Shown here piece by piece: positions 1 to 9,309 of a DNA stretch of 64,000 nt. Both the position numbers and the translations under genes were made by a program. Numbering within the stretch: the first letter of the stretch is position 1; each line of letters starts with the position of its first letter. Origin of the DNA: Sulfuricurvum sp. GTDB taxonomy: Bacteria; Campylobacterota; Campylobacteria; Campylobacterales; Sulfurimonadaceae. The stretch is from contig NZ_JAQUHV010000012.1 in assembly GCF_028681615.1 (NCBI RefSeq), forward strand, positions 9,152-73,151, written 5' to 3'. The notes beneath the pieces are model-generated. The model saw only the letters and a list, made by a program, of their open reading frames with translations, was not told the origin of the DNA and ran no database searches.

Positions 1-41
1 TGCATTTTTGCATCAAGAGATTAAGGATATAGAGGTCTATT

Positions 42-1871
42 ATGCATGAAGTTATCCGAAACGTCACCGACCGAATCATTGAACGCTCCGCACCCACGCG
101 AGCTCTTTATCTTGAACGAATAAGAGCTGCATCCGTCCACGGAGTCAATCGTCAGCGTTTGGGGTGCAGTAATCTCGCCCATGCGATGGCACCGATGAAT
201 GAGAGAGAAAAAAACGCACTTTCCCATATGACACAACCTAATATCGGGATTGTTACGGCATACAACGATATGCTCTCCGCGCATGAGCCGTACAAACTCT
301 ATCCGGCGTTGATCAAACGGACACTGATGGATTTGGGTGCTACCGCACAGGTAGCAGGAGGAGTTCCTGCAATGTGTGATGGAGTTACGCAGTCGCAACC
401 GGGAATGGAACTGAGTCTTTTCAGCCGCGATAATATTGCGATGGGGACTGCGATAGCCCTTTCGCATAACGTCTATGACGGAGCATTGTATCTGGGGATA
501 TGCGATAAAATCGTTCCCGGATTATTGATCGGAGCATTGGCGTTCGGTCATCTTCCCGCACTGTTTGTTCCGGCCGGTCCGATGCCCTCTGGGATCAGCA
601 ATGCCGAAAAAGCGAAAATCCGTCAAGGATATGCCATAGGGGCAGTGAGTGAAGATGCACTGCTCAAAGCCGAAGCGGCGTCGTACCACAGCAGCGGGAC
701 GTGTACGTTTTACGGTACTGCCAACTCCAATCAGATGTTGCTTGAGATGATGGGCCTTCAGCTCCCGAATGGCTCTTTTGTCAACACTAATACCCCTTTG
801 CGCGAAGCGCTCACCCAAGAAGCGGCTAGAACGCTCCTTACCCTCATTGAGGGGCGCGGCGAGTACAAACCGATCGGGGGACTGATCGATGAACGGAGTT
901 TTGTCAACGCGATCGTCGGGCTGATGGCGACGGGCGGCTCTACCAATCACACCATCCATTTGATCGCTATGGCCAAAGCGGCGGGAATATGGCTGAATTG
1001 GGACGATTTTGATGCGATCTCAAAAGTGACGCCGCTGTTGTGCCGTATGTATCCCAACGGCCAAGCCGACGTGAACCATTTTCGCGATGCCGGGGGGATG
1101 AGTGTCGTTATTTCGCAGCTTTTGGAGGGGGGACTCGTCCATTCGGATGTGGAAACGGTAGTCGGCAGAGGGCTTGAACGCTATATCGTGGAACCCTCTA
1201 TTTCAAACGGTGCCTTCGGATTTATGTCGGGGGCACGTTTGTCACGTAATAAGGAAGTCATTTCATCGGTTGCAGAGCCTTTTAGCGATGAAGGGGGCTT
1301 GAAACTCCTGTGCGGCAATCTCGGACGCAGTATCATCAAAACCTCTGCACTCAAACCCGCGGGATATCTGATCGAAGCCGATGCGATTGTATTTGAGTCT
1401 CAAGAAGAGCTGCAAAGTGCGTTCAAACGCGGAGAACTGGAACGCGACTTTATCGCTGTGGTCCGTTTTCAGGGGCCAAAAGCGAACGGTATGCCTGAAC
1501 TTCACGGCTTGATGCCTCCGTTGGGACTGTTGCAGGATCGCGGATTCCATGTGGCTGTTGTGACCGACGGCCGGATGTCGGGGGCTTCGGGAAAAGTCCC
1601 TTCGGCCATCCACCTTACGCCCGAAGCGGCGAAGGGGGGAATTTTGGCCAAAGTGATGAACGGTGATCGGATGCGGCTCGATGTCGAAAACGGCACATTG
1701 GAGTTGTTGGTTTCCGCAGAAGAACTGGAATCACGAACCTTGCTTCATCCTGATCTAAGCGGCAACCGTCACGGCTTCGGACGTGAATTGTTCAGTACGA
1801 TCCGCGCTTCGGTTTCGAGCGCGGAAGAGGGCGGATCGATATTTGATACCGTCGGAAAGGAGAGAGGATGA
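42..1871 (+). CDS. edd: phosphogluconate dehydratase (Entner-Doudoroff pathway)
   Basis: 609-aa ORF with IlvD/Edd family hallmarks (ICDKIVPG, SGTCTFYGTANSNQ, DGRMSGASGKVP). Its stop overlaps the eda start by 4 nt. Confidence 0.9.
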   Translation: MHEVIRNVTDRIIERSAPTRALYLERIRAASVHGVNRQRLGCSNLAHAMAPMNEREKNALSHMTQPNIGIVTAYNDMLSAHEPYKLYPALIKRTLMDLGATAQVAGGVPAMCDGVTQSQPGMELSLFSRDNIAMGTAIALSHNVYDGALYLGICDKIVPGLLIGALAFGHLPALFVPAGPMPSGISNAEKAKIRQGYAIGAVSEDALLKAEAASYHSSGTCTFYGTANSNQMLLEMMGLQLPNGSFVNTNTPLREALTQEAARTLLTLIEGRGEYKPIGGLIDERSFVNAIVGLMATGGSTNHTIHLIAMAKAAGIWLNWDDFDAISKVTPLLCRMYPNGQADVNHFRDAGGMSVVISQLLEGGLVHSDVETVVGRGLERYIVEPSISNGAFGFMSGARLSRNKEVISSVAEPFSDEGGLKLLCGNLGRSIIKTSALKPAGYLIEADAIVFESQEELQSAFKRGELERDFIAVVRFQGPKANGMPELHGLMPPLGLLQDRGFHVAVVTDGRMSGASGKVPSAIHLTPEAAKGGILAKVMNGDRMRLDVENGTLELLVSAEELESRTLLHPDLSGNRHGFGRELFSTIRASVSSAEEGGSIFDTVGKERG

Positions 1872-2491
1872 ATCCCCGTGACATTATGGGAATTTCCCCG
1901 ATCGTTCCCGTCATCGCACTGGAGAGGGCGGAAGATGCATTGCCTCTGGCGGATGCATTGATGGAAGGGGGGATATTTATCATGGAAATTACCCTCCGTA
2001 CCGATGCGGGGCTCGCAGCGATTGCAGCGATTGCAGCCGAGCGTCCGCAGATGCATGTCGGTGCGGGAACCGTGTTGAACCGTGCATCGTTCACCCAAGC
2101 GGTGGAGCATGGGGCGCAGTTCGTTTTTAGCCCCGGTATCAGCGAAGAGCTGATGCAGAGCTCCCGAGAGCTGAATACTCCGTTTATCCCCGGTGTCGCT
2201 ACCGCTTCGGAGGTAATGATGGCGTATAACGGAGGCTTCGAGCAATGTAAACTTTTTCCTGCCACGATTGCAGGGGGAATAGAGGCGCTTAAAGCGTTTG
2301 CGGGACCGTTTGGTTCCATGCAGTTTTGTCCGACGGGCGGAGTGAATGGTGAGAATTTTACCGATTTTTTAAAGCTCGGTAATGTACTATGTGTGGGAGG
2401 AAGCTGGATTGTTCCTAAAGATGCCATAGCGCACAAGGATTTTCAAGCAATCACCCGACTGTGCAAAGAGGCATTTGAGCGGTTAAGCTAA
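1868..2491 (+). CDS. eda: 2-dehydro-3-deoxyphosphogluconate (KDPG) aldolase
   Basis: 207 aa with KDPG/KHG aldolase motifs (EITLRT, GAGTV, FVFSPG, KLFPA). Translationally coupled to edd. Confidence 0.85.
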   Translation: MNPRDIMGISPIVPVIALERAEDALPLADALMEGGIFIMEITLRTDAGLAAIAAIAAERPQMHVGAGTVLNRASFTQAVEHGAQFVFSPGISEELMQSSRELNTPFIPGVATASEVMMAYNGGFEQCKLFPATIAGGIEALKAFAGPFGSMQFCPTGGVNGENFTDFLKLGNVLCVGGSWIVPKDAIAHKDFQAITRLCKEAFERLS

Positions 2492-2523
2492 GACGCAGTA
2501 GAAAACGGAGAAACAGACAATAG

Positions 2524-5500
2524 ATGAATGACGATGCAACCTACGCTTCATTAGAGAAGCATTTCCATACGATCGAGAAAATCATATTATCTCGCCAAGA
2601 TCCGATCACGGGATTATTGCCGGCGAGTACCGCGGTCAATGCCCACGGCGATTATACCGATGCGTGGGTGAGGGATAATGTCTACAGCATCCTTAGCGTA
2701 TGGGGGCTGGCTGTCTCGTATCGTAAATACTATCCGGAACATTGTCGCAGTTATGTCTTGAGTCAGAGTGTCGTTAAACTGATGCGCGGACTCCTTATGG
2801 CGATGATGCGCCAATCCCACCACGTCGAAGCGTTCAAATACTCACTCAATCCGATCGATGCACTGCATGCGAAGTACGGCACCCATACCGGGTTGCCAGT
2901 GGTCGGAAATGATGAGTGGGGGCATTTACAGCTCGATGCGACGTCGCTCTATGTGCTGATGATGGCGCAGATGATTGCGTCGGGATTGGAGCTTATCTAT
3001 ACGATCGATGAGGTAAATTTCGTCCAAAATCTTGTCCATTACATCAGCCGTACCTATTGTACCCCCGATTACGGAATCTGGGAAAGAGGGAATAAAATCA
3101 ATCACGGTGCAGCTGAGATCAACTGCAGCTCGGTCGGTATGGCAAAAGCGGCTCTCGAAGCGATTGACGGATTTAATCTTTTCGGTTCGGTAGAGAGTCA
3201 AGCCGGGGTTATCCATGTGGTATCGAGTGACATTGCCCGGTCTCGTTTTACTTTACAGGGGCTTCTTCCCCGTGAATCGAATTCGAAAGAGACCGACGCG
3301 GCATTGTTGAGTATCATCGGATATCCGGGGTATGCGGTTGAGGATGAAAAACTGGTTCAGCTGACGCGGGAGAAAATCATCAAAAAACTCTGTGGCCGCT
3401 ACGGCTGCAAACGATTTTTGCTCGATGGTCACCAAAGCGCTATCGAAGATGTTTCCCGACTCCACTACGAGCCTACAGAGCTGCGTGAATTTGAGCATAT
3501 CGAATCGGAATGGCCTCTGTTTTTCACCTATTTGCTTCTCGATGCGCTGATGCGTGAAAATTATGGTGAGGCGAGAGAGTGGCGTGAACGGCTTGCACCA
3601 TTGTTTGTCGAACACGATGGAGAAATGCTTTTGCCGGAGCTTTACATCGTCCCGAAAGAGCTGATTGCCGATGAAAAATTGAGACCCGGTTCTCAGATAC
3701 GCTATGCCAATGAAAATGTCCCGTTGGTCTGGGCGCAGAGTTTGTATATCCTTTCCGATATGATTTTCGACGGTGTTCTGCAACCGAGTGATATCGATCC
3801 GCTTCGCCGTCATAAACGGATAGGGCATAAACGCACAATCCATCCGATGGTGGCGATACTGGCTGAAAACGCTTCGATTAAAGAAAAACTATCTCATTCT
3901 GGAATCCAAAGCGAAACGCTCGATGAATTAAGACCGCTTCGTATTATGCATGCATCGCTCCTCTCAGAGGTACATACTCTTCTGGGAAAAAATGAGAAAC
4001 TCGGCTTAAGCGGCCGCCCTTTTGCGGTCATGCGGGTGATTGCAACGTCGCGGATTCATGCAATTGAGGATGAAGAGGTCGTTTTCCTCCCGTATTATTT
4101 CAATCCGCAAGGCTTTTATTTTAGTTACGATAACAAACTGCTGGTAGAACATTTTCGCTCCACCTTGAAATTTCTCTCCAGACACTGGGATCAGCCCGGA
4201 CAGCCTATCGTCGTCTTTTTGGTACGCGAAGATATGTTTGCGGAGAGTGAAAAAGAGGTCGTAGTTGAACTTTTACACCATTTGCAGAGCGGAAAGTATG
4301 ATTCACTAATGATCCAAACCGGGACAATGAGAGAATTATTGCAGCACACGGATAAAGAACGGATAAACCATTTGGACGGTTTCAATCCTAAAGAGATTGA
4401 GTTGAATGCCCTCAAAAAAGAGATTTGCTCTGCGGATAAGAATCTAAACCGTTATCATCCTCTAACGGCACAGGAGCTTCAGGATTTGGAGATGTTGAAC
4501 GACGAAGCATTGATTGCGGTTGTAGTGGACAGTGTAAATCCACAGCTCAAAGCCAATGCCGTCAAACTGTTATGGAGATCGAGAGGATCGGATTTTACCG
4601 TTCAGAGCGAGGGAGAAGAGGTTACACTCTTTAAGATTGCCGAGCGCTTATACGAGTCATCAGCGATCTGTCACGATTGGGCTGTGGTTCGTCGCATGGC
4701 CGATTTGATCGGAACGTATGATGATCGTATTGAAGATGCGCTGCTCGATATTGTCATCCGTCAAAAACGTCTCGCCGTCGGCCGTGCCTACAATGAAAAT
4801 GCAACGTTTTCGAAACCGCATGAGAGTACGGGCATTATTAAAATCATTGCCGAATTTTGCGGTAACAACCCAGCCGAGAGGGTTTTAACGCAAGAAATCC
4901 TTTTGCATCTGGGGCATCTTATCCGGAGTGAGCCGGAGCTGTTTACCAACATGATCACGTTGCGTACCTGGTATTTCGTACAGCTGCTTGTCGGACAGAT
5001 TACACGCGAATACAGAGTCTCTATGGGGGATGCATATGAGCTTTTGATCTCGTTGGCACCGCATGATATTTACGATCGCCTCCGAAGAATATTGAATGCC
5101 TTTACAATCGAAGTGAACCAGCTGATCGATCAGGAAAACCTTCAAGCCTCGGGTGCGGTGAGTTTGGACACACTCGGAGAGATCAGCATTGATACACACG
5201 GGCAGGATGTAGAGGATTGGGGTCACTGGCGCGAACAGATGGGGCTGATCGGTAAGCTGACTCCGAAGTTTTACAAGAACATCTGGCATTTGTTACAGCA
5301 ATGCAACGGTCTCGTCATCGGGGATAAATACAGCATCCAAAGCCGCATCGGTGCCGAGCTCACACTCGATTCGACCGCAGGCGAACACAATTTTGCTCTG
5401 TGTGTCGATACCCTGCTGCAAAGTATCCATGCACCCGATTACCGTCAGCTTAATCTGGAAGCGATCGAAAGCCTCTCGAGAATTTTGCATGAGAGCCCGG

Positions 5501-5718
5501 AACTCAGAGTTGAAAACGATTTAATCCTGGACGTTTTGATCGGACATGCAGTTCGAATTACATGGGAGAAGGATCACGGATCGGAAAATTATGATGATCA
5601 GCGTGCAGAGGCTTGGCATGCGTTTTACAAACTTTCCCCTAGAGAAACCGACAAAGCCTTTATCGAAGCATTTGTCTATTTGCTCACGCCCGATCATTCG
5701 CACGTCAACAATAGCTAA
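2524..5718 (+). CDS. large GH15 (glucoamylase)-like protein resembling the phosphorylase kinase alpha/beta regulatory subunit
   Basis: 1064 aa. The N-terminal LLPASTAVNAHGDYTDAWVRDNVYSILSVWGLAVSYRK and VKLMRGLLMAMMRQ closely resemble the conserved N-terminal GH15-like block of eukaryotic PHKA/PHKB as I recall it. It sits between eda and glk. Confidence 0.6.
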   Translation: MNDDATYASLEKHFHTIEKIILSRQDPITGLLPASTAVNAHGDYTDAWVRDNVYSILSVWGLAVSYRKYYPEHCRSYVLSQSVVKLMRGLLMAMMRQSHHVEAFKYSLNPIDALHAKYGTHTGLPVVGNDEWGHLQLDATSLYVLMMAQMIASGLELIYTIDEVNFVQNLVHYISRTYCTPDYGIWERGNKINHGAAEINCSSVGMAKAALEAIDGFNLFGSVESQAGVIHVVSSDIARSRFTLQGLLPRESNSKETDAALLSIIGYPGYAVEDEKLVQLTREKIIKKLCGRYGCKRFLLDGHQSAIEDVSRLHYEPTELREFEHIESEWPLFFTYLLLDALMRENYGEAREWRERLAPLFVEHDGEMLLPELYIVPKELIADEKLRPGSQIRYANENVPLVWAQSLYILSDMIFDGVLQPSDIDPLRRHKRIGHKRTIHPMVAILAENASIKEKLSHSGIQSETLDELRPLRIMHASLLSEVHTLLGKNEKLGLSGRPFAVMRVIATSRIHAIEDEEVVFLPYYFNPQGFYFSYDNKLLVEHFRSTLKFLSRHWDQPGQPIVVFLVREDMFAESEKEVVVELLHHLQSGKYDSLMIQTGTMRELLQHTDKERINHLDGFNPKEIELNALKKEICSADKNLNRYHPLTAQELQDLEMLNDEALIAVVVDSVNPQLKANAVKLLWRSRGSDFTVQSEGEEVTLFKIAERLYESSAICHDWAVVRRMADLIGTYDDRIEDALLDIVIRQKRLAVGRAYNENATFSKPHESTGIIKIIAEFCGNNPAERVLTQEILLHLGHLIRSEPELFTNMITLRTWYFVQLLVGQITREYRVSMGDAYELLISLAPHDIYDRLRRILNAFTIEVNQLIDQENLQASGAVSLDTLGEISIDTHGQDVEDWGHWREQMGLIGKLTPKFYKNIWHLLQQCNGLVIGDKYSIQSRIGAELTLDSTAGEHNFALCVDTLLQSIHAPDYRQLNLEAIESLSRILHESPELRVENDLILDVLIGHAVRITWEKDHGSENYDDQRAEAWHAFYKLSPRETDKAFIEAFVYLLTPDHSHVNNS

Positions 5719-5727
5719 GGGGGATAC

Positions 5728-6708
5728 ATGATACTCGCAGGTGACATCGGCGGAACCAAAACGAATCTGGCGCTGTTTGAAATGGTAGAAGGCACGCCGC
5801 GGATACAGGTTCGTCAGCAGTATGAGAGTCGCGCTTTTTCGAGTCTGAGTGATGTGATCACCGCATTTAAAGCGGATATAAAGGAGTGGACGGTCGATGC
5901 CGCGTGTTTCGGGATTGCAGGGCCGATAATCGCCGGAAACTGTAAAACGACGAATCTGCCGTGGGAGATCACGACAGCCGATCTGCAAACACAGCTTCAG
6001 ACCGATAAAGTCCGTCTCCTCAACGATCTCGAAGCGACGGCATACGGGATGCTCTATCTCAGGGATGAAGAGTTTGTCACGCTGAACACGGGAGAAAGTG
6101 TCAATGCCAACCGTGCCGTAATTGCCGCAGGTACGGGTCTTGGGGAAGCAATGCTGTTTTGGGACGGAGCAGGGTACTACCCCGTCGGATCAGAGGGTGG
6201 ACACACCGATTTTGCCCCTATGAACGAGCAACACGATGATTTGCTGCGATGGCTGCGAGTGCGTTATCTGAGTCATGTGAGCATTGAGCGGATTTTATCG
6301 GGTCCGGGGATTGCCGCCGTGTATTACTTTTTGCGGGAGAGCGGTTTCGCGCCGGAGCCCAAGGCGATGCTTGGCCTTTCCGAGGGGGAAGACCGCAGTG
6401 CGCTTATCAGCAGATGCGCATTGGAGGAGAACGATCCGTTGTGCGTTGAGACTTTGCGGCTGTTTGTCGAAATTTACGGTTCGGAAGCGGGAAATCTGGC
6501 TTTGAAAACGATGTCGCTTGGCGGAGTGTACATCGGTGGAGGGATCGCACCCAAAATATTGCCCGCTATCGTGAGCGGTACTTTTATGGAAGCGTTTGTG
6601 AAAAAAGGGCGCTTTGAAGCGCTTTTACGCAGTATGCCCGTCAAAATATCGCTGAACGCCGAAACGGCACTGCTCGGAGCCGCCCATTTCGCAGCGGACA
6701 GGCTTTAA
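5728..6708 (+). CDS. glk: glucokinase
   Basis: 326 aa with the N-terminal ATP-binding motif GDIGGTKTNLALFE and LLNDLEATAYG. Typical bacterial Glk length. Confidence 0.85.
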   Translation: MILAGDIGGTKTNLALFEMVEGTPRIQVRQQYESRAFSSLSDVITAFKADIKEWTVDAACFGIAGPIIAGNCKTTNLPWEITTADLQTQLQTDKVRLLNDLEATAYGMLYLRDEEFVTLNTGESVNANRAVIAAGTGLGEAMLFWDGAGYYPVGSEGGHTDFAPMNEQHDDLLRWLRVRYLSHVSIERILSGPGIAAVYYFLRESGFAPEPKAMLGLSEGEDRSALISRCALEENDPLCVETLRLFVEIYGSEAGNLALKTMSLGGVYIGGGIAPKILPAIVSGTFMEAFVKKGRFEALLRSMPVKISLNAETALLGAAHFAADRL

Positions 6709-6750
6709 GAGGGGTTGCTTTACACTGTTAGAAATGAAATATTTAGAGTA

Positions 6751-6759
6751 TGCTATAAT
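6751..6759 (+). promoter_or_regulatory. candidate extended -10 promoter element (TGcTATAAT)
   Basis: TGCTATAAT lies about 25 nt upstream of the 6785 ATG, followed by an AAGGAG Shine-Dalgarno at 6773-6778. Confidence 0.35.
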
Positions 6760-6784
6760 TTTGTATATTTAAAAAGGAGTGGAA

Positions 6785-6940
6785 ATGGCATATCTTATAA
6801 GAGATGGAAAGCTTGAAAAAGCTCAACCTATAACAAGTCTTACTCCTGAACAAAAAAAAGTTTTGAGAGTTAGCACTGCAAAACAGGCTTCTAAGCTAAA
6901 AGAACTTAAAGCTCAAAAAGAAGAGAAAAAAGCAAGTTGA
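6785..6940 (+). CDS. small hypothetical protein (51 aa, Lys/Glu-rich), possible antitoxin-like partner of the downstream GNAT-like gene
   Basis: ATG is preceded by AAGGAG at 6-nt spacing. Its TGA overlaps the TTG start of the next ORF (TTGA). Too short for the supplied ORF track; I translated it by hand. Confidence 0.35.
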   Translation: MAYLIRDGKLEKAQPITSLTPEQKKVLRVSTAKQASKLKELKAQKEEKKAS

Positions 6941-7448
6941 GTAATATTGGAATAAATCCATTAAATATTCAAGATTTAAAATCGTTTTTTGATAAATTTG
7001 ATTTTGAAAAAGACTCTGAACACATAAAACAATATATAGGTTTAGTTAAAGAGTTAGCTTTTTGTCAGCAAGTGATTATATATGAGGGCTATGATTTAAT
7101 CAAAGAAGATTCTTTTGGATTTTTTGCATTAAAACAACTCATGATGACATTGACAATGTTCCCGGTATTCTCGTTGAGTTTCTATATCTAAAAACTGAAT
7201 ACAGATCAAAAATAGAAGAATTTTCAAATACAAAATACAGTTTTTTATTACTTGATTATGTAATCAATGTTGCCATAGATGTTCAAAAGTTAGTGGCTAT
7301 AAATCATGTTTATTTAGTTCCCATCAGCGATAAAATGAGAACAATATATAATGAATACGGCTTTGTAAATATTCCGAGCTCTGGTAAGAATAAATATGAA
7401 GATTATATGGTATTTAACCTATTGGATGAAGACCCGACGTTGTTATAA
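6937..7448 (+). pseudogene. frameshifted gene resembling a GNAT-family acetyltransferase toxin (TacT/AtaT-like architecture)
   Basis: Frame 1 (6937-7191) reads ...GYDLIKEDSFGFFALKQL and then becomes nonsense. Frame 3 is open from 7095 to the TAA at 7446-7448 and reads HDDIDNVPGILVEFLYLKTEYRSK...VYLVPISDKMRTIYNEYGFVNIPSS, a GNAT-like C-terminal half. The frame switch falls near the T5/A4 runs at about 7120-7134. Total length is 512 nt, not a multiple of 3. Confidence 0.45.
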
Positions 7449-7507
7449 ACACTATCATTTATGGCAAGGAAATATCCTTACCGTTCACCCTGAGTTTGTC
7501 GAAGGGT

Positions 7508-8623
7508 TTATTTAAACCACCCTTTGACTTTTTCAAATGCCGATTCAAACAGGCTCTCATGAGGTTTTGATTCGATGCCGAAACTCTCTTGGAGTTTTTG
7601 GAGCAGCTCTTCCTGCTCGGCACTTAGACGGTTAGGGTAGGTGAGGTGGATTTGAGCGATCAAATCCCCTTTGCCGCGTCCGTGAACGTCCGCTATCCCC
7701 TCACCGCGGAAACGGTACTGTTGTCCGTCTTTGGTTCCCGTTTCGAGTTCGAGTGTTACTTCACCGTTGAGTGACGGGATCGTAATGTCTTCGCCGAGTA
7801 CCGCTTGGGTAAAGAAGACCGGAACTTCGAGATAGATGTCGTTCCCGTTACGGATAAAGTGGCTGTCTTCTTCTACTTCAAACGTGACATACAGATCGCC
7901 TCTTACACCGCTTTTACCGGTATTTCCGCGCCCCGATACGCGAAGTCGGTTACCCGTATCGATACCCGCAGGGACTTTGATCGTGACGCTCTCTTTTGAT
8001 TCCGTGTAGCTTTTGCCCTTACAATCGCCGCATTTCTCACTTGCCATCGTCCCTTCGCCGTGACACGCAGGGCAGGTTTGTGAGAAGGTCATAAACCCTT
8101 GGCGTACATACACCTGTCCTTTGCCGCCGCATTGGCTACAGGTGGTGACTTTACCGTCTTTGGCTCCGGTTCCTTTACAGGTTTTACACGATGTTTTGGT
8201 GGTAAATGTCACCTCTTTTTCGCACCCGAAAACCGCTTCTTTGAAGCTGACGCGCATTTCGACACCCATATCGAGCGGGAATTTATCGGACGGTGCACGT
8301 GATTGTCTGCGACCGCCGCCGCCGAAACCGTTGAACATCTCTTCGAAAATACTGCCCAAATCGTCAAACCCGCCGCTGCTTCTGCGACCGCCGCCCCCTT
8401 GAAGACCTTCTTTACCGTAACGGTCATAGATTGAGCGTTGTTGATCGTCGCTGAGGACTTGATACGCTTCATTACAGAGTTTGAACTTATGTTCCGCCGT
8501 CGGATCGCCCGGATTGCGGTCGGGATGGTAGAGTTTCGCCATTTTACGGTAGGCTTTTTTGATTTCGTCACCGTTGGCGCTTTTACTAACCTCTAAAATC
8601 TCATAATAGCTCATTTCTTCCAC
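7508..8623 (-). CDS. dnaJ: molecular chaperone DnaJ
   Basis: J-domain with HPD ([10 protein letters not shown]), a Gly-rich linker, and four CxxCxGxG zinc motifs ([32 protein letters not shown]). Confidence 0.95.
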   Translation of the reverse strand: MEEMSYYEILEVSKSANGDEIKKAYRKMAKLYHPDRNPGDPTAEHKFKLCNEAYQVLSDDQQRSIYDRYGKEGLQGGGGRRSSGGFDDLGSIFEEMFNGFGGGGRRQSRAPSDKFPLDMGVEMRVSFKEAVFGCEKEVTFTTKTSCKTCKGTGAKDGKVTTCSQCGGKGQVYVRQGFMTFSQTCPACHGEGTMASEKCGDCKGKSYTESKESVTIKVPAGIDTGNRLRVSGRGNTGKSGVRGDLYVTFEVEEDSHFIRNGNDIYLEVPVFFTQAVLGEDITIPSLNGEVTLELETGTKDGQQYRFRGEGIADVHGRGKGDLIAQIHLTYPNRLSAEQEELLQKLQESFGIESKPHESLFESAFEKVKGWFK

Positions 8624-8739
8624 GCATAGACTCCAAAAACATATTTTTCGCGCAATTATACCATGTCAAAAAGAGTGTTAGCTTAATTGAGTCATAAAGA
8701 CTAAACTATTTTTGGAACAACCTTTGCTACAATACGTCC

Positions 8740-9309
8740 ATGAAACGTTCCCTAGAGAAATTTAACCGCCTTGTTGATGCCCTGCAGCAACTCCCGACGA
8801 TCGGACAGAAATCGGCAACCCGTCTGGCGTATCATATGGTGATGCACGACAGTTTCGGTGCGCTCAAACTCGCCCATGCGATCGAAAATGCGATTACAAG
8901 CCTCAAAAAATGCCGATCGTGCGGCGGGCTGAGTGAAGACGAGTTATGCTCCATTTGCAGTGACGAACGCCGAAATCATGAAATCCTCTGTATCGTCGAA
9001 AACGCCAAAGATATTTTGACCTTTGAGGAAAACGCCCTGTTCGACGGACGCTATTTTGTCCTCGATTCCCTCGAAGAACTCGATCTCGCTCACTTGCGCG
9101 GTGTCGTGCAAAGCGGGATAAAAGAGATCATTTTTGCGCTGACCCCCTCTATCGCCAATCAAGGGGTCATGCTCTATATCGAAGACAAACTGAGCACGTG
9201 CGATGTCCGTTTCAGCCGTATCGCTCAGGGGGTTCCGACGGGGGTGAGTTTGGAGAATGTCGATATCCTCTCATTGACGAAGGCGATGGAAGATCGGGTC
9301 AGTATTTAA
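8740..9309 (+). CDS. recR: recombination protein RecR
   Basis: 189 aa with an N-terminal HhH (LPTIGQKSATRLAYH), a C4 zinc finger (CRSCGGLSEDELCSIC) and a Toprim-like C-terminal half. Confidence 0.9.
   Translation: MKRSLEKFNRLVDALQQLPTIGQKSATRLAYHMVMHDSFGALKLAHAIENAITSLKKCRSCGGLSEDELCSICSDERRNHEILCIVENAKDILTFEENALFDGRYFVLDSLEELDLAHLRGVVQSGIKEIIFALTPSIANQGVMLYIEDKLSTCDVRFSRIAQGVPTGVSLENVDILSLTKAMEDRVSI

Noticed and set aside
1792-2436. 214-aa and 158-aa minus-strand ORFs opposite eda
   Set aside because: Antisense to a confidently identified KDPG aldolase. No motifs.
6937-7191. Treating the 84-aa ORF as an intact gene
   Set aside because: Its last roughly 17 residues (MMTLTMFPVFSLSFYI) look like out-of-frame read-through, while frame 3 continues a coherent GNAT-like sequence to 7448. 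I called it a frameshifted pseudogene instead.
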